From contig CBFHVP010000003.1 of the NCBI GenBank assembly GCA_965659315.1, forward strand, positions 1 through 58,312: a stretch of DNA of 58,312 nucleotides, read 5' to 3'. How positions within the stretch are numbered: position 1 is the stretch's first letter; every line of letters begins with the position of its first letter. The notes under the pieces were generated by a model that ran no database searches, had not been told where the DNA came from, and saw nothing but the letters and a program-made list of their open reading frames with translations. This DNA comes from an uncultured Porticoccaceae bacterium. Lineage in GTDB: Bacteria > Pseudomonadota > Gammaproteobacteria > Pseudomonadales > Porticoccaceae. Of this stretch, positions 28,200 through 38,034 are shown one piece after another. A program made the translations under genes and the position numbers.

Positions 28200-29479
28200 T
28201 GGAAAAAGTTCTTACTCGTAATATTGGCCTAGACCAGAAGCCGACAAACTTGCAGGGCTATGAGGCCAATGGCGGTTATCGGGGATTGCGCAAAGCTATG
28301 TCTGAGCTGTCACCCAAAGATTGTCAGGATATGATTAGTGATTCCAATCTTCGTGGTCGTGGTGGTGCCGGCTTTCCGACCGGGATGAAGTGGAGCTTTG
28401 TGCCCGCAGATGATAAATGCACGCCTGGCCATAAATACCTAGTTTGTAATGCCGATGAAATGGAGCCTGGGACGTTCAAAGATCGCCTATTAATGGAATG
28501 TGACCCGCATCAATTAATTGAAGGTATGATTCTGGCGGCTTATACCATCGGTGCCGATATCTCTTATATTTTTATTCGTGGCGAATACCTTGTAGCCACC
28601 CAGCGACTGCGTGATGCGCTACAAGAATGTTACGCCGCAGGATTATTGGGCGACAATATTCTCGGTAGTGGTTACAGCCTTAATATGTATGTGCACCCCA
28701 GTGCGGGGCGTTATATTTGTGGTGAAGAGACGGCATTGATTAATGCCCTTGAGGGCAAGCGGGCTAATCCGCGAGCGAAGCCACCATTCCCTCAAGTCAG
28801 CGGTCTGTGGGGCCGACCCACTATTGTCAATAACGTCGAAACCCTGTGCAATATTCCGCATATTATCGATCGTGGTGCAGATTGGTATAAGACTCTGGGT
28901 ATTGGCGAGGATGCGGGCACTAAATTGTTTGGCGTCAGCGGCAAGGTCAATAATCCGGGTTGTTGGGAGTTGCCAATGGGCACACCAATTCGCGAAATTA
29001 TTGAAGAGCATGCGGGGGGTATGCAGGATGGTTATCAGCTAAAGGGCTTTCTACCCGGTGGCGGTTCCACCGATTTTTTGACCGCGGATCATCTCGATTT
29101 AGCGATGGACTACAACGTCATCGGTGCTGCTGGTAGTCGCATGGGCACAGGAACCATGATTATTCTCGATGATCGCACCTGCCCGGTCGGCATGGTACTT
29201 AACTTAATTCGTTTCTTTGCTCATGAGTCCTGTGGTTTTTGTACCCCTTGTCGGGATGGTCTGCCCTGGTCTCGTCAGGTACTCCAAGATATTGAAGAGG
29301 GGCGTGGTCAACCAGAGGATTTAGAGACATTGGCTTATCAGGTCAATTATATCGGCGCGATTGGTAACACCCATTGCGCGCTCGCGCCTGGTGCCATGGA
29401 GCCTCTGCAGAGCGCCTTAAAATATTTTTATGATGACTTTAAGCAGCATATTAGCACTGGGCGCTGCCCCTATCATTAG
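28199..29479 (+). CDS. nuoF: NADH-quinone oxidoreductase subunit F
   Basis: GRGGAGFPTG, NADEMEPG, YICGEETAL and ESCGFCTPCRDG. Confidence 0.98.
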   Translation: MEKVLTRNIGLDQKPTNLQGYEANGGYRGLRKAMSELSPKDCQDMISDSNLRGRGGAGFPTGMKWSFVPADDKCTPGHKYLVCNADEMEPGTFKDRLLMECDPHQLIEGMILAAYTIGADISYIFIRGEYLVATQRLRDALQECYAAGLLGDNILGSGYSLNMYVHPSAGRYICGEETALINALEGKRANPRAKPPFPQVSGLWGRPTIVNNVETLCNIPHIIDRGADWYKTLGIGEDAGTKLFGVSGKVNNPGCWELPMGTPIREIIEEHAGGMQDGYQLKGFLPGGGSTDFLTADHLDLAMDYNVIGAAGSRMGTGTMIILDDRTCPVGMVLNLIRFFAHESCGFCTPCRDGLPWSRQVLQDIEEGRGQPEDLETLAYQVNYIGAIGNTHCALAPGAMEPLQSALKYFYDDFKQHISTGRCPYH

Positions 29480-29492
29480 AAGAGTGTAGATT

Positions 29493-32255
29493 ATGCCAAC
29501 GATATTTATTGATGGTCAGGAACTTCAGGTTAACGAAGGCGAGAATGTTCTCGAGGCATGCCTCAATGCCGGTTTAGATTTACCCTATTTTTGTTGGCAC
29601 CCAGCAATGGGGTCTATTGGTTCTTGTCGTCAATGTGCTCTAGTGCAATATCAAAACGAGGAGGACAGCCGCGGGCGTATTATTATGGGTTGCATGACGC
29701 CGGTTGCTGAGGGCGCGCGTTTTTCACTTAAGGCGCAAAATGCAACAGAATTCCGTGAGGCGATTGTGGAGTCGCTGATGCTAAATCATCCGCATGACTG
29801 CCCGGTATGTGCTGAGGGAGGTGAGTGTCACTTGCAGGATATGACGGTAATGGTAGGGCATAGAGACCGCCGTTATAGTGGCAAAAAAAACACTCATCGC
29901 AATCAATATTTAGGGCCACTGATTCATCATGAAATGAATCGCTGTATTACCTGTTATCGCTGTGAGCGGTACTACAAAGATTATGCAGGTGGCACCGATC
30001 TGGGCGCTCAAGCGTCTCATGACCATCTTTATTTTGGCCGTCATGAAGAGGGTATTTTAGAAAGTGAATTTAGCGGCAACCTTGTCGAGGTTTGCCCCAC
30101 TGGCGTGTTTACAGATAAACCCTTTTTAAAGCAGTACAGTCGCAAATGGGATTTGCAATCTGCACCTTCGATCTGCACGGGGTGCGCTGTGGGTTGCAAT
30201 ATCGCTCCCGGAGAACGCTATGGCAAGCTAAAGCGAGTGCATAATAGATACAACCACCAGATCAATGGCTATTTTCTCTGTGACCGCGGGCGCTTTGGCA
30301 GTGGCTATGTGAACAATGATAGTCGATTGGATTATGCCGGTATTAAAACCGCAGATGGCAGTTTCGTAGCAGTGCCTCAGCAGCAGGCGCTGAATACCGC
30401 TGTTGACTGGATAAAGGGTAAAAATGTTGCCGCCATTGGCTCTCCGAGGGCGTCGGTGGAGGCCAATTATCTGTTGCGTGAACTGGTAGGTGATAGTCAG
30501 TTTAATGCCGGTTTTGCCGATAATGAAGCGCAGTTAATGAAGGCTATCCGGCAGATACTAAAAACCACCAAGGCGGTAACCCCCACAGTAAAAGAGATGG
30601 AAGCGGCCGATGCCATTTTAGTGTTAGGGGAAGATGTTACCAACACTGCGCCACGGGTGGCACTGGCACTGCGCCAAGCGATTAGAAATAAATCCTTCCA
30701 GTTGGCTGAGCAGATGGGCTTGCCGCAATGGCAGGATGCCGCGGTGCGTAACTTGGCTCAGGACCAGCGCTCACCATTGATTATTGTCTCTGCTATGGAC
30801 ACTAGGCTCGATGATGTGGCCAGTCATTGTCTATCGCTGGCACCCGACCAGATGGCTGAGTTTGGTGTTGCAGTGGTTGAGGCGCTGGCGGGTGAAGAAA
30901 CCACAAATAAGCAGGCCAAAGAGGTCGCTGAGGTGTTGCAGTCAGCACAGAATCCATTGATTGTCAGTGGCGCCAGTATGCAACATTGGGACATTATCAA
31001 TTGTGCTGTAGCGATTGCTGAGTCTCTGTGCAGTAAACAATCTAGCGCTATGTTGAGTCTCTGTGTTGCTGAGGCCAATAGTATTGGCTCAGCATTATTG
31101 ATGCCGGAAACGGGCCCGTCACTAGCTGAATTGATTAACAACCCTCCTGAGGTGTTGTTAGTGATGGAAAATGATCTTGAACGTCGTCTTAGTGCACAAC
31201 AGATGCAGCAGTTGATGGCTGGCGGCACTCAGATTATCAGCATGGATATTTTAGAAAATAACACTCTGGACGCATCGGATATGGTGTTGCCGGTGGCATC
31301 TTATGCTGAATCGCAGGGCACATTGGTCAATATGGAAGGCCGTGCGCAACGTTATTTTCCGGTATTCGAACCCGCTGCTGAGCGATTGCCTAGTTGGCAG
31401 TGGTTATTAAAAATTGGTGCAGCAATTGGCCATAAAAAGCTATCGAAGCTAGCGGATTTTGATCAGGTGGTCCTAGCCTGCGCCAAAACCCATGTTGATT
31501 TTGCTGAGTTAACTGAGGTTGCCCCCGACAATAGGTTCCGTGATCGCGGATTAAAAATTCCGCGTCAGACACATAGATACAGTGGTCGCACGGCGATGAA
31601 TGCCGGCGTTAATGTCCATGAGCCTCAGCAGCCTGATGATAGCGAATCTCCGTTATCCTATAGCATGGAGGGACTTAATCGCGATCAGCCGGCCTCACTC
31701 ACGCCTTATGTTTGGTCTCCTGGTTGGAACTCAAATCAGTCATTACAAAAATTCCAAGCTGAGGTGGATGGGCCGCTGAAAGGCGGTACCGCAGGGCATC
31801 GTCTTATCTTGTCGACGCGCAAAGGTGCGACTAAAAAAGCTGTGCTAGCGGCAGTTGAGATGCAACCTAAACACTGGCAGTTAGTGCCAGTGCATCGTGT
31901 CCATGGCTCGGATGAGTTGTCGGTTAACACTGATGAAATAGTGCAACTGGCTGGTATTGCTTTTGTTGCTCTGGGGGCTGCGGTCGCGGAAAAATTGGGA
32001 GTGGCTGAGGGTGATGGTGTGGTTGTCACCGTTGCAGATACTGCCGTCAGGTTGGAGGTGTGTATATTGCGCCGTGTCGCCAAGAATTGCATTGGCTATA
32101 GCTTGGGTTACAGGGAAACTCTCGCATTGCAGGCTGGTAGTCTGGCGACGTTAGCGGTGGCGGAAAATTGGCAGCGTCGTCAGCCGCAGATGATTGCAAC
32201 GGATAAAGCAATGAAAAATGCGGCAATTGCTGAGGGAGGCTCTACTCATGTCTGA
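29493..32255 (+). CDS. nuoG: NADH-quinone oxidoreductase subunit G, long E. coli type with N7 motif
   Basis: PYFCWHP..GSCRQC, HPHDCPVC.EGGECHLQD, RCITCYRC and CTGCAVGC...CDRGRFG; 920 aa. Confidence 0.97.
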   Translation: MPTIFIDGQELQVNEGENVLEACLNAGLDLPYFCWHPAMGSIGSCRQCALVQYQNEEDSRGRIIMGCMTPVAEGARFSLKAQNATEFREAIVESLMLNHPHDCPVCAEGGECHLQDMTVMVGHRDRRYSGKKNTHRNQYLGPLIHHEMNRCITCYRCERYYKDYAGGTDLGAQASHDHLYFGRHEEGILESEFSGNLVEVCPTGVFTDKPFLKQYSRKWDLQSAPSICTGCAVGCNIAPGERYGKLKRVHNRYNHQINGYFLCDRGRFGSGYVNNDSRLDYAGIKTADGSFVAVPQQQALNTAVDWIKGKNVAAIGSPRASVEANYLLRELVGDSQFNAGFADNEAQLMKAIRQILKTTKAVTPTVKEMEAADAILVLGEDVTNTAPRVALALRQAIRNKSFQLAEQMGLPQWQDAAVRNLAQDQRSPLIIVSAMDTRLDDVASHCLSLAPDQMAEFGVAVVEALAGEETTNKQAKEVAEVLQSAQNPLIVSGASMQHWDIINCAVAIAESLCSKQSSAMLSLCVAEANSIGSALLMPETGPSLAELINNPPEVLLVMENDLERRLSAQQMQQLMAGGTQIISMDILENNTLDASDMVLPVASYAESQGTLVNMEGRAQRYFPVFEPAAERLPSWQWLLKIGAAIGHKKLSKLADFDQVVLACAKTHVDFAELTEVAPDNRFRDRGLKIPRQTHRYSGRTAMNAGVNVHEPQQPDDSESPLSYSMEGLNRDQPASLTPYVWSPGWNSNQSLQKFQAEVDGPLKGGTAGHRLILSTRKGATKKAVLAAVEMQPKHWQLVPVHRVHGSDELSVNTDEIVQLAGIAFVALGAAVAEKLGVAEGDGVVVTVADTAVRLEVCILRRVAKNCIGYSLGYRETLALQAGSLATLAVAENWQRRQPQMIATDKAMKNAAIAEGGSTHV

Positions 32256-33225
32256 GTTAATGCTACCGGTCATTTTGGCACTTGCCATTCTGTTGGGCGG
32301 TGTCGCTGGTGCAGCGGTATTAACCTGGTGGGAGCGCCGCTTGTTAGGCTTTTGGCAAGATCGCTATGGCCCAAATCGGCTGGGTCCGTTCGGTATTGGA
32401 CAGGTCTTAGCCGATATGATCAAGCTACTGACCAAAGACGATTGGGTTCCTCCTTTTGCCGATCGGGTTGTTTTTATCTTTGCGCCAACAGCGATTGTTG
32501 TAGCCATGATGATGGGTTTTGCGGTAGTTCCTTTTGCGCCTGATGTGATGATTATTGATGTCAATATCGGACTATTATTTTTTCTCGGTATGACCAGCCT
32601 TGCGGTCTATTCGGTGCTACTAGGTGGCTTAGCATCGAATAATAAATATGCGTTGTTAGGCGGTCTGCGATCGGCAGCGCAGATGGTCAGTTATGAAGTG
32701 TTTATGGGTTTATCATTGATGGGTGTGGTGATGATGACCGGTAGCTTTAGCCTGGTTGATATCGTTGCAGCGCAAACCAATGTTTGGTTTTGTTTTTCTC
32801 AAGTGCTGGGTTTACTGGTTTTTGTTATCGCAGGGATTGCCGAAAGTCATCGTTTACCCTTCGACTTGCCCGAGGCAGAGCATGAGTTAACCGCTGGGTT
32901 TCATACCGAATATGGCGGCATGAAATTCGCCATGTTTATGCTCGGAGAATATCTCGGTCTGATGTTGATCTCATGCATGATTGTGACGCTGTTCTTCGGC
33001 GGTTGGATGGGGCCTGCCTTTATTGGTCATTGGCTACCGCCCCTAGCTTGGTTCGGTCTTAAAGTTCTTTTAGTGATTAATTTCTTTGTGCTATTGCGCG
33101 CGGCAATTCCGCGGCCTAGATATGACCAGCTTATGTCATTGGGCTGGAAAGTGATGTTGCCAATAACACTGATCAACTTAGTGATTACCGGTGCTGTATT
33201 GCTGTGGATGGAGGGCGGAGTCTAA
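32248..33225 (+). CDS. nuoH: NADH-quinone oxidoreductase subunit H (ATG at 32248)
   Basis: [32 protein letters not shown] and PRPRYDQ; GGAGG RBS. Confidence 0.97.
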   Translation: MSELMLPVILALAILLGGVAGAAVLTWWERRLLGFWQDRYGPNRLGPFGIGQVLADMIKLLTKDDWVPPFADRVVFIFAPTAIVVAMMMGFAVVPFAPDVMIIDVNIGLLFFLGMTSLAVYSVLLGGLASNNKYALLGGLRSAAQMVSYEVFMGLSLMGVVMMTGSFSLVDIVAAQTNVWFCFSQVLGLLVFVIAGIAESHRLPFDLPEAEHELTAGFHTEYGGMKFAMFMLGEYLGLMLISCMIVTLFFGGWMGPAFIGHWLPPLAWFGLKVLLVINFFVLLRAAIPRPRYDQLMSLGWKVMLPITLINLVITGAVLLWMEGGV

Positions 33226-33740
33226 TGTTAAGTGAACTGCGAACCATGTGGGAAATCTTTAAACATAGCTTTACCAGAGCGGATACAGTGCAGTATCCAG
33301 AGGAGATGCCCTATTTAGCGCCACGCTATCGCGGGCGCATTGTTTTGACCCGTGATCCTGACGGTGAAGAGCGTTGCGTCGCCTGTAATCTGTGCGCTGC
33401 GGTCTGCCCTGTGGACTGTATTGCGCTGCAAAAAGATACTCGTGAGGATGGTACTTGGTATCCCGAATTCTTCAGAATAAATTTTTCCCGCTGCATTATG
33501 TGTGGTATGTGTGAGGAAGCCTGCCCTACCTATGCCATTCAATTAACCCCAGACTTTGAAATGTGTGAATACGATCGTCAGAACATGGTTTATGAGAAAG
33601 AAAACCTGCTAATTGATGGTGTTGGTAAGTATCCGGATTACAATTTTTATCGCGTATCTGGAATGCAAACCGCTTTTAAAGATAAGGGTGAAGCTAAGAA
33701 TGAAGCAGCTCCCATTGATACCAAGAGTTTATTGCCATGA
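33225..33740 (+). CDS. nuoI: NADH-quinone oxidoreductase subunit I (ATG at 33225)
   Basis: Two 4Fe-4S motifs: [12 protein letters not shown] and [12 protein letters not shown]. Confidence 0.97.
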   Translation: MLSELRTMWEIFKHSFTRADTVQYPEEMPYLAPRYRGRIVLTRDPDGEERCVACNLCAAVCPVDCIALQKDTREDGTWYPEFFRINFSRCIMCGMCEEACPTYAIQLTPDFEMCEYDRQNMVYEKENLLIDGVGKYPDYNFYRVSGMQTAFKDKGEAKNEAAPIDTKSLLP

Positions 33741-33842
33741 GAATTTTTGATTGTATAGATTACAGCAATCGAGAGGTTGCCGCGGCTTGGCTAACAGAGT
33801 ATCAAAATATTTTCTTTTCTATGCCATTAAAGGGCCAATATC

Positions 33843-34349
33843 ATGCTTGAGATTACGTTATTTTATATTGCCGCCTCTATTGCATTGATTGCCACAGTAT
33901 TGGCCATGACAAGAGCTAATGCGATTCATGCCCTTATTTACCTTATCGTGTCTCTGCTGGCGGTAGCGGTGATTTTCTTTTTGATTGGTGCGCCCTTCGC
34001 CGCAGCACTTGAAATTGTTATTTATGCGGGGGCCATTATGGTTCTGTTTGTATTTGTGATCATGATGCTTAATTTGGGTGAAGAGGGTGATGCCCGTGAA
34101 AGAGGGCTGTTGCAGCCGAAGATATGGGCTGGGCCGGCACTGCTGTCACTGCTATTGTTTGCTGAGTTACTGTATATGATTTCGACTATTGAAGGACCAG
34201 TATCAATGCAGGCAGTGACTGCAAAAGAAGTCGGTTTGGCGCTTTTTGGTCCCTATGTGTTGGCAGTAGAGATTGCCTCAATGTTACTGCTCGCTGGCTT
34301 GGTAGGCTCCTATCATCTCGGGCGCCGCTACCTAGAGCGAGAGGTGTAG
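33843..34349 (+). CDS. nuoJ: NADH-quinone oxidoreductase subunit J
   Basis: YAGAIMVLFVFVIMMLNL and EIASMLLL; hydrophobic. Confidence 0.96.
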   Translation: MLEITLFYIAASIALIATVLAMTRANAIHALIYLIVSLLAVAVIFFLIGAPFAAALEIVIYAGAIMVLFVFVIMMLNLGEEGDARERGLLQPKIWAGPALLSLLLFAELLYMISTIEGPVSMQAVTAKEVGLALFGPYVLAVEIASMLLLAGLVGSYHLGRRYLEREV

Positions 34350-34352
34350 GCT

Positions 34353-34667
34353 ATGGATGGTTTAAATATTCCGTTAAACCATATTCTGCTGGTTTCTACC
34401 TTGTTGTTTAGTGTTGGACTGCTGGGTCTGATGATTCGGCGCAATATTATTTTTATCTTGATGTCACTTGAGGTAATGCTCAATGCCGCTGCACTCGCAT
34501 TTGTCGCGGCAGGTGCGCATTGGGGGCAGCCCGATGGTCAGATTGTATTTATGTTGATCCTGAGCGTTGCTGCCGCGGAGGTTGCTGTAGGCTTGGGGCT
34601 TGTGTTGCAAGTTCAGCGGCGCTTTAAGACATTGGATATGGACAGTGCCGATAGGATGAGGGGTTAA
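34353..34667 (+). CDS. nuoK: NADH-quinone oxidoreductase subunit K
   Basis: [17 protein letters not shown] and AAAEVAVGL. Confidence 0.96.
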   Translation: MDGLNIPLNHILLVSTLLFSVGLLGLMIRRNIIFILMSLEVMLNAAALAFVAAGAHWGQPDGQIVFMLILSVAAAEVAVGLGLVLQVQRRFKTLDMDSADRMRG

Positions 34668-34669
34668 TC

Positions 34670-36520
34670 ATGGCTGAATTGATCGGCTTAGTGCCATTGA
34701 TACCAATGCTCAGCTCGATTGTACTGATGTTGGCCTATGCCGTCTTGCCGCGGTTGTTGATAGGCCTTCTTGGTGTCGGTTCGGTGGCTGCCGCGGCAGT
34801 ACTGACTTTATTGATTGGTTTGGAATTTATGGCCAATCCGCAACCTTTCCAGTTAACCCTATGGACTTGGATGCAGATAGGTGATTTTAGCCCGGGTATT
34901 GCATTTTACTTTGATGGACTGACATTGGTGATGATGTCAGTGATTACCGGCGTAGGCTTTTTAATCCATCTTTTTTCAACTGAATTTATGGAGCAAGATG
35001 TCAGCTACGCGCGTTATTTCGCTTACCTAAATATGTTTGTCGCTGCCATGTTGGTGCTAGTGATGGCAGATAATTTATTACTGCTCTATCTGGGCTGGGA
35101 AGGCGTGGGGGTATGCAGTTACCTACTGGTGGGATTTTGGTATCAGCACAGTGCCAATGGTCAAGCCGCTCGCAAAGCTTTTGTGGTTACCCGCATTGGT
35201 GATACAGCCATGGCGCTGGGATTATTTTTATTATTTACTCAGTTAGGCACTTTAGATATTCAATTGATGTTGGCAGTCGCTAATCAACAATGGCAGGTGG
35301 GTGATATGCTGCCGATGATTGCTTGCTTATTATTACTTGGTGGTGCGGTGGGTAAGTCAGCACAGCTACCACTGCATACCTGGTTACCTGACGCCATGGC
35401 GGGTCCAACGCCGGTCAGTGCACTGATCCATGCGGCGACTATGGTCACAGCGGGTGTTTACTTGATTGCTCGTACCCATGATCTATTTTTATTGGCGCCA
35501 ACAGCCATGATGGTCGTGGCGTTGATCGGTCTAGCAACCTCGCTGATGGCCGCTTTTACCGCCTTAATGCAGTCGGATATCAAACGCATTCTCGCTTATT
35601 CAACCATTAGTCAGATCGGCTATATGTTTTTGGCACTGGGTGTTGGCGCATGGACTGCGGGAATCTTTCATCTAATGACCCACGCGTTCTTTAAGGCGCT
35701 GTTGTTTTTGGGATCAGGGGCCATTATTCACTATCTGCATCATGAGCATGATATTTTCAAGATGGGTGGATTACGCAAAAAAATGCCCATTACCTTTTGG
35801 AGCTTTTTGATTGGCTCAGCCGCACTGGCCGCACTGCCAATGACATCAGGGTTCTTTAGCAAGGATCAGATTCTGCTACAGGCCTATCAATTGCCGGAAG
35901 TGGGACCTTGGTTATGGATGGGGGGATTGCTCGGGGCACTATTGACTGCGATCTACAGTTTTCGTTTGGTGTTCGTGGTGTTTTTTGGTCAGGCCAACAC
36001 TGAACCCAGTGGTGATGTAGGCTGGCGCATGGGGTTGCCCTTAATTCTACTCTGTGCCTTGGCGATGCTTGGCGGATACTTTGCTATCCCTGTGGCAGAT
36101 GTCTTTCCAGTCGCTAGTACTGGGCACCCTGCTCACTGGGTGGAATATGTCTCTATCTCGGTGCCGCTACTCGGTTTATTGGTAGCCTACGTTATTTTCT
36201 ATAGTAAACAGCTAAATGTGAATGGATTAATTAATTCTACTATCGGTCAGTTGCTGAGAGCATTTTGGGTAAGTGGTTGGCGAATAGATTGGCTCTATGA
36301 TGCGATCTTTGTGCGGCCCTACGTTATGTTGTCTGGACTGATGAAGAATGAGCCTGTCGATGGGTTTTATGGCCTTATTGTTGCGATTAATCAAACCTTT
36401 AATCACTGGGGTGTGCGTTCGCAAACGGGTCGTATGCGCTGGTATATCGCAAGTATGGTTTTGGGTCTTATAGTGCTGATAACGCTGGCACTGCAGATTC
36501 CGGCGGAGGCACTTAAATGA
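34670..36520 (+). CDS. nuoL: NADH-quinone oxidoreductase subunit L
   Basis: GWEGVG.CSYLL, GKSAQLPLHTWLPDAMAGPTPVSALIHAATMV and HAFFKALLFL. Confidence 0.97.
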   Translation: MAELIGLVPLIPMLSSIVLMLAYAVLPRLLIGLLGVGSVAAAAVLTLLIGLEFMANPQPFQLTLWTWMQIGDFSPGIAFYFDGLTLVMMSVITGVGFLIHLFSTEFMEQDVSYARYFAYLNMFVAAMLVLVMADNLLLLYLGWEGVGVCSYLLVGFWYQHSANGQAARKAFVVTRIGDTAMALGLFLLFTQLGTLDIQLMLAVANQQWQVGDMLPMIACLLLLGGAVGKSAQLPLHTWLPDAMAGPTPVSALIHAATMVTAGVYLIARTHDLFLLAPTAMMVVALIGLATSLMAAFTALMQSDIKRILAYSTISQIGYMFLALGVGAWTAGIFHLMTHAFFKALLFLGSGAIIHYLHHEHDIFKMGGLRKKMPITFWSFLIGSAALAALPMTSGFFSKDQILLQAYQLPEVGPWLWMGGLLGALLTAIYSFRLVFVVFFGQANTEPSGDVGWRMGLPLILLCALAMLGGYFAIPVADVFPVASTGHPAHWVEYVSISVPLLGLLVAYVIFYSKQLNVNGLINSTIGQLLRAFWVSGWRIDWLYDAIFVRPYVMLSGLMKNEPVDGFYGLIVAINQTFNHWGVRSQTGRMRWYIASMVLGLIVLITLALQIPAEALK

Positions 36521-38034
36521 TAATGGTTAACCTGATACTGATATTACTGATCGGTGGGCTGTTGGCCATGCTGTCAGAGCGTCTTGGTGAGAATGTACCC
36601 CGCGGTGTGGCATTAACCGTGATTTTGGTCGATATAGCCTATTTAGTGTCAGAGCTAGCAGGATTGTCAGCCATAACGCAACTTCAGGCGCCTTTGCCCA
36701 GTGACCCTAGCACTTGGTTAATGCATTTCAAGGCGCAGTGGATTCCCAGTTTTGGTATTAGTATCGAGCTTGCATTAGATGGCATCAGTTTGTTGATGGT
36801 TTTACTGACATTAGTATTGGGTGCGATTGCTGTCAGTGCCTCATGGACCGATGTGATGACTCAGCGCGGTTTCTTCGAAGCTAATCTTCTGTGGACATTA
36901 GCTGGTGTGCTCGGTGTGTTTATGGCCTTGGATCTGTTTTTGTTCTTCCTATTTTGGGAGGTCATGCTGATTCCAATGTACTTTATGATCGCCATATGGG
37001 GGCATGAAAATCGGGGCTATGCCGCCATGAAGTTTTTTATTTTTACTCAGGCAAGTGGCTTGTTGATGTTGGTGGCTACGCTGGCATTGGTGAAGGTTAA
37101 TTACAGTGCTACTGGACAATGGAGTTTTAGTTATTTTGATCTACTCGGTACACCGATGCTTGAACAAACTGCTTATTGGTTAATGCTCGGTTTCTTTATT
37201 GCGTTTGTGGTCAAATTGCCGGCCTTCCCATTTCATACCTGGTTACCAGATGCGCACACCCAAGCGCCCACTGCCGGTAGTGTTATTTTGGCAGGCATTC
37301 TGCTTAAGACAGGTGCTTATGGCCTGATTCGATTTGCTGTACCTCTGTTCCCCGAAGCGGCAATGGATTTCTCGTTGACCGCCATGACGCTGGGAGTTGC
37401 GGGTATTATTTACGGCGCTGTTTTGGCTTTCGCGCAGACTGACTTCAAACGATTAGTAGCTTATAGCAGTGTGAGTCATATGGGTTTTGTTATCCTCGGC
37501 GTTTACGCGTGGAATGAACTGGCCTTGCAGGGCGCGGTTATGCAGATGGTGGCCCACGGCTTTAGCACAGCAGCACTGTTTATGATTGCTGGCGCTTTGC
37601 AAGAACGGCTTCACACCCGAGATATGCGTGAGATGGGCGGGTTATGGCAACAGATGCCGCGTATGGGTGCAGTGACCATGTTTTTTGTGGTGGCTTCACT
37701 AGGTCTGCCTGGACTAGGTAATTTTGTTGCTGAGTTTTTAGTGTTGCTCGGGTTGTTTCAGGTCAATCCTTGGATAACGGTGCTGGCGGCTCTCGGTTTG
37801 ATTGTTGGCGCTATTTATTCCCTAATTTTAATGCAGAGATCATTTCAGGGTGAGTTAAATAGCAAGCTTAAGGGCCATAGCCTGACCGATTTTGCTAGTC
37901 GTGAAATGCTGACCATGGCAGTGATGATGGTGGCACTGATTGGCTTAGGCTTATACCCTCAGCCAGTATTGGATATGGCTCAGCCAGTAGTGGACAGCCT
38001 GCTTAATTTTACTTCAGTGGAGATAGTGCCATGA
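36517..38034 (+). CDS. nuoM: NADH-quinone oxidoreductase subunit M
   Basis: FWEVMLIPMY, PFHTWLPDAH, LLKTGAYG and AYSSVSHMG. Confidence 0.97.
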   Translation: MIMVNLILILLIGGLLAMLSERLGENVPRGVALTVILVDIAYLVSELAGLSAITQLQAPLPSDPSTWLMHFKAQWIPSFGISIELALDGISLLMVLLTLVLGAIAVSASWTDVMTQRGFFEANLLWTLAGVLGVFMALDLFLFFLFWEVMLIPMYFMIAIWGHENRGYAAMKFFIFTQASGLLMLVATLALVKVNYSATGQWSFSYFDLLGTPMLEQTAYWLMLGFFIAFVVKLPAFPFHTWLPDAHTQAPTAGSVILAGILLKTGAYGLIRFAVPLFPEAAMDFSLTAMTLGVAGIIYGAVLAFAQTDFKRLVAYSSVSHMGFVILGVYAWNELALQGAVMQMVAHGFSTAALFMIAGALQERLHTRDMREMGGLWQQMPRMGAVTMFFVVASLGLPGLGNFVAEFLVLLGLFQVNPWITVLAALGLIVGAIYSLILMQRSFQGELNSKLKGHSLTDFASREMLTMAVMMVALIGLGLYPQPVLDMAQPVVDSLLNFTSVEIVP

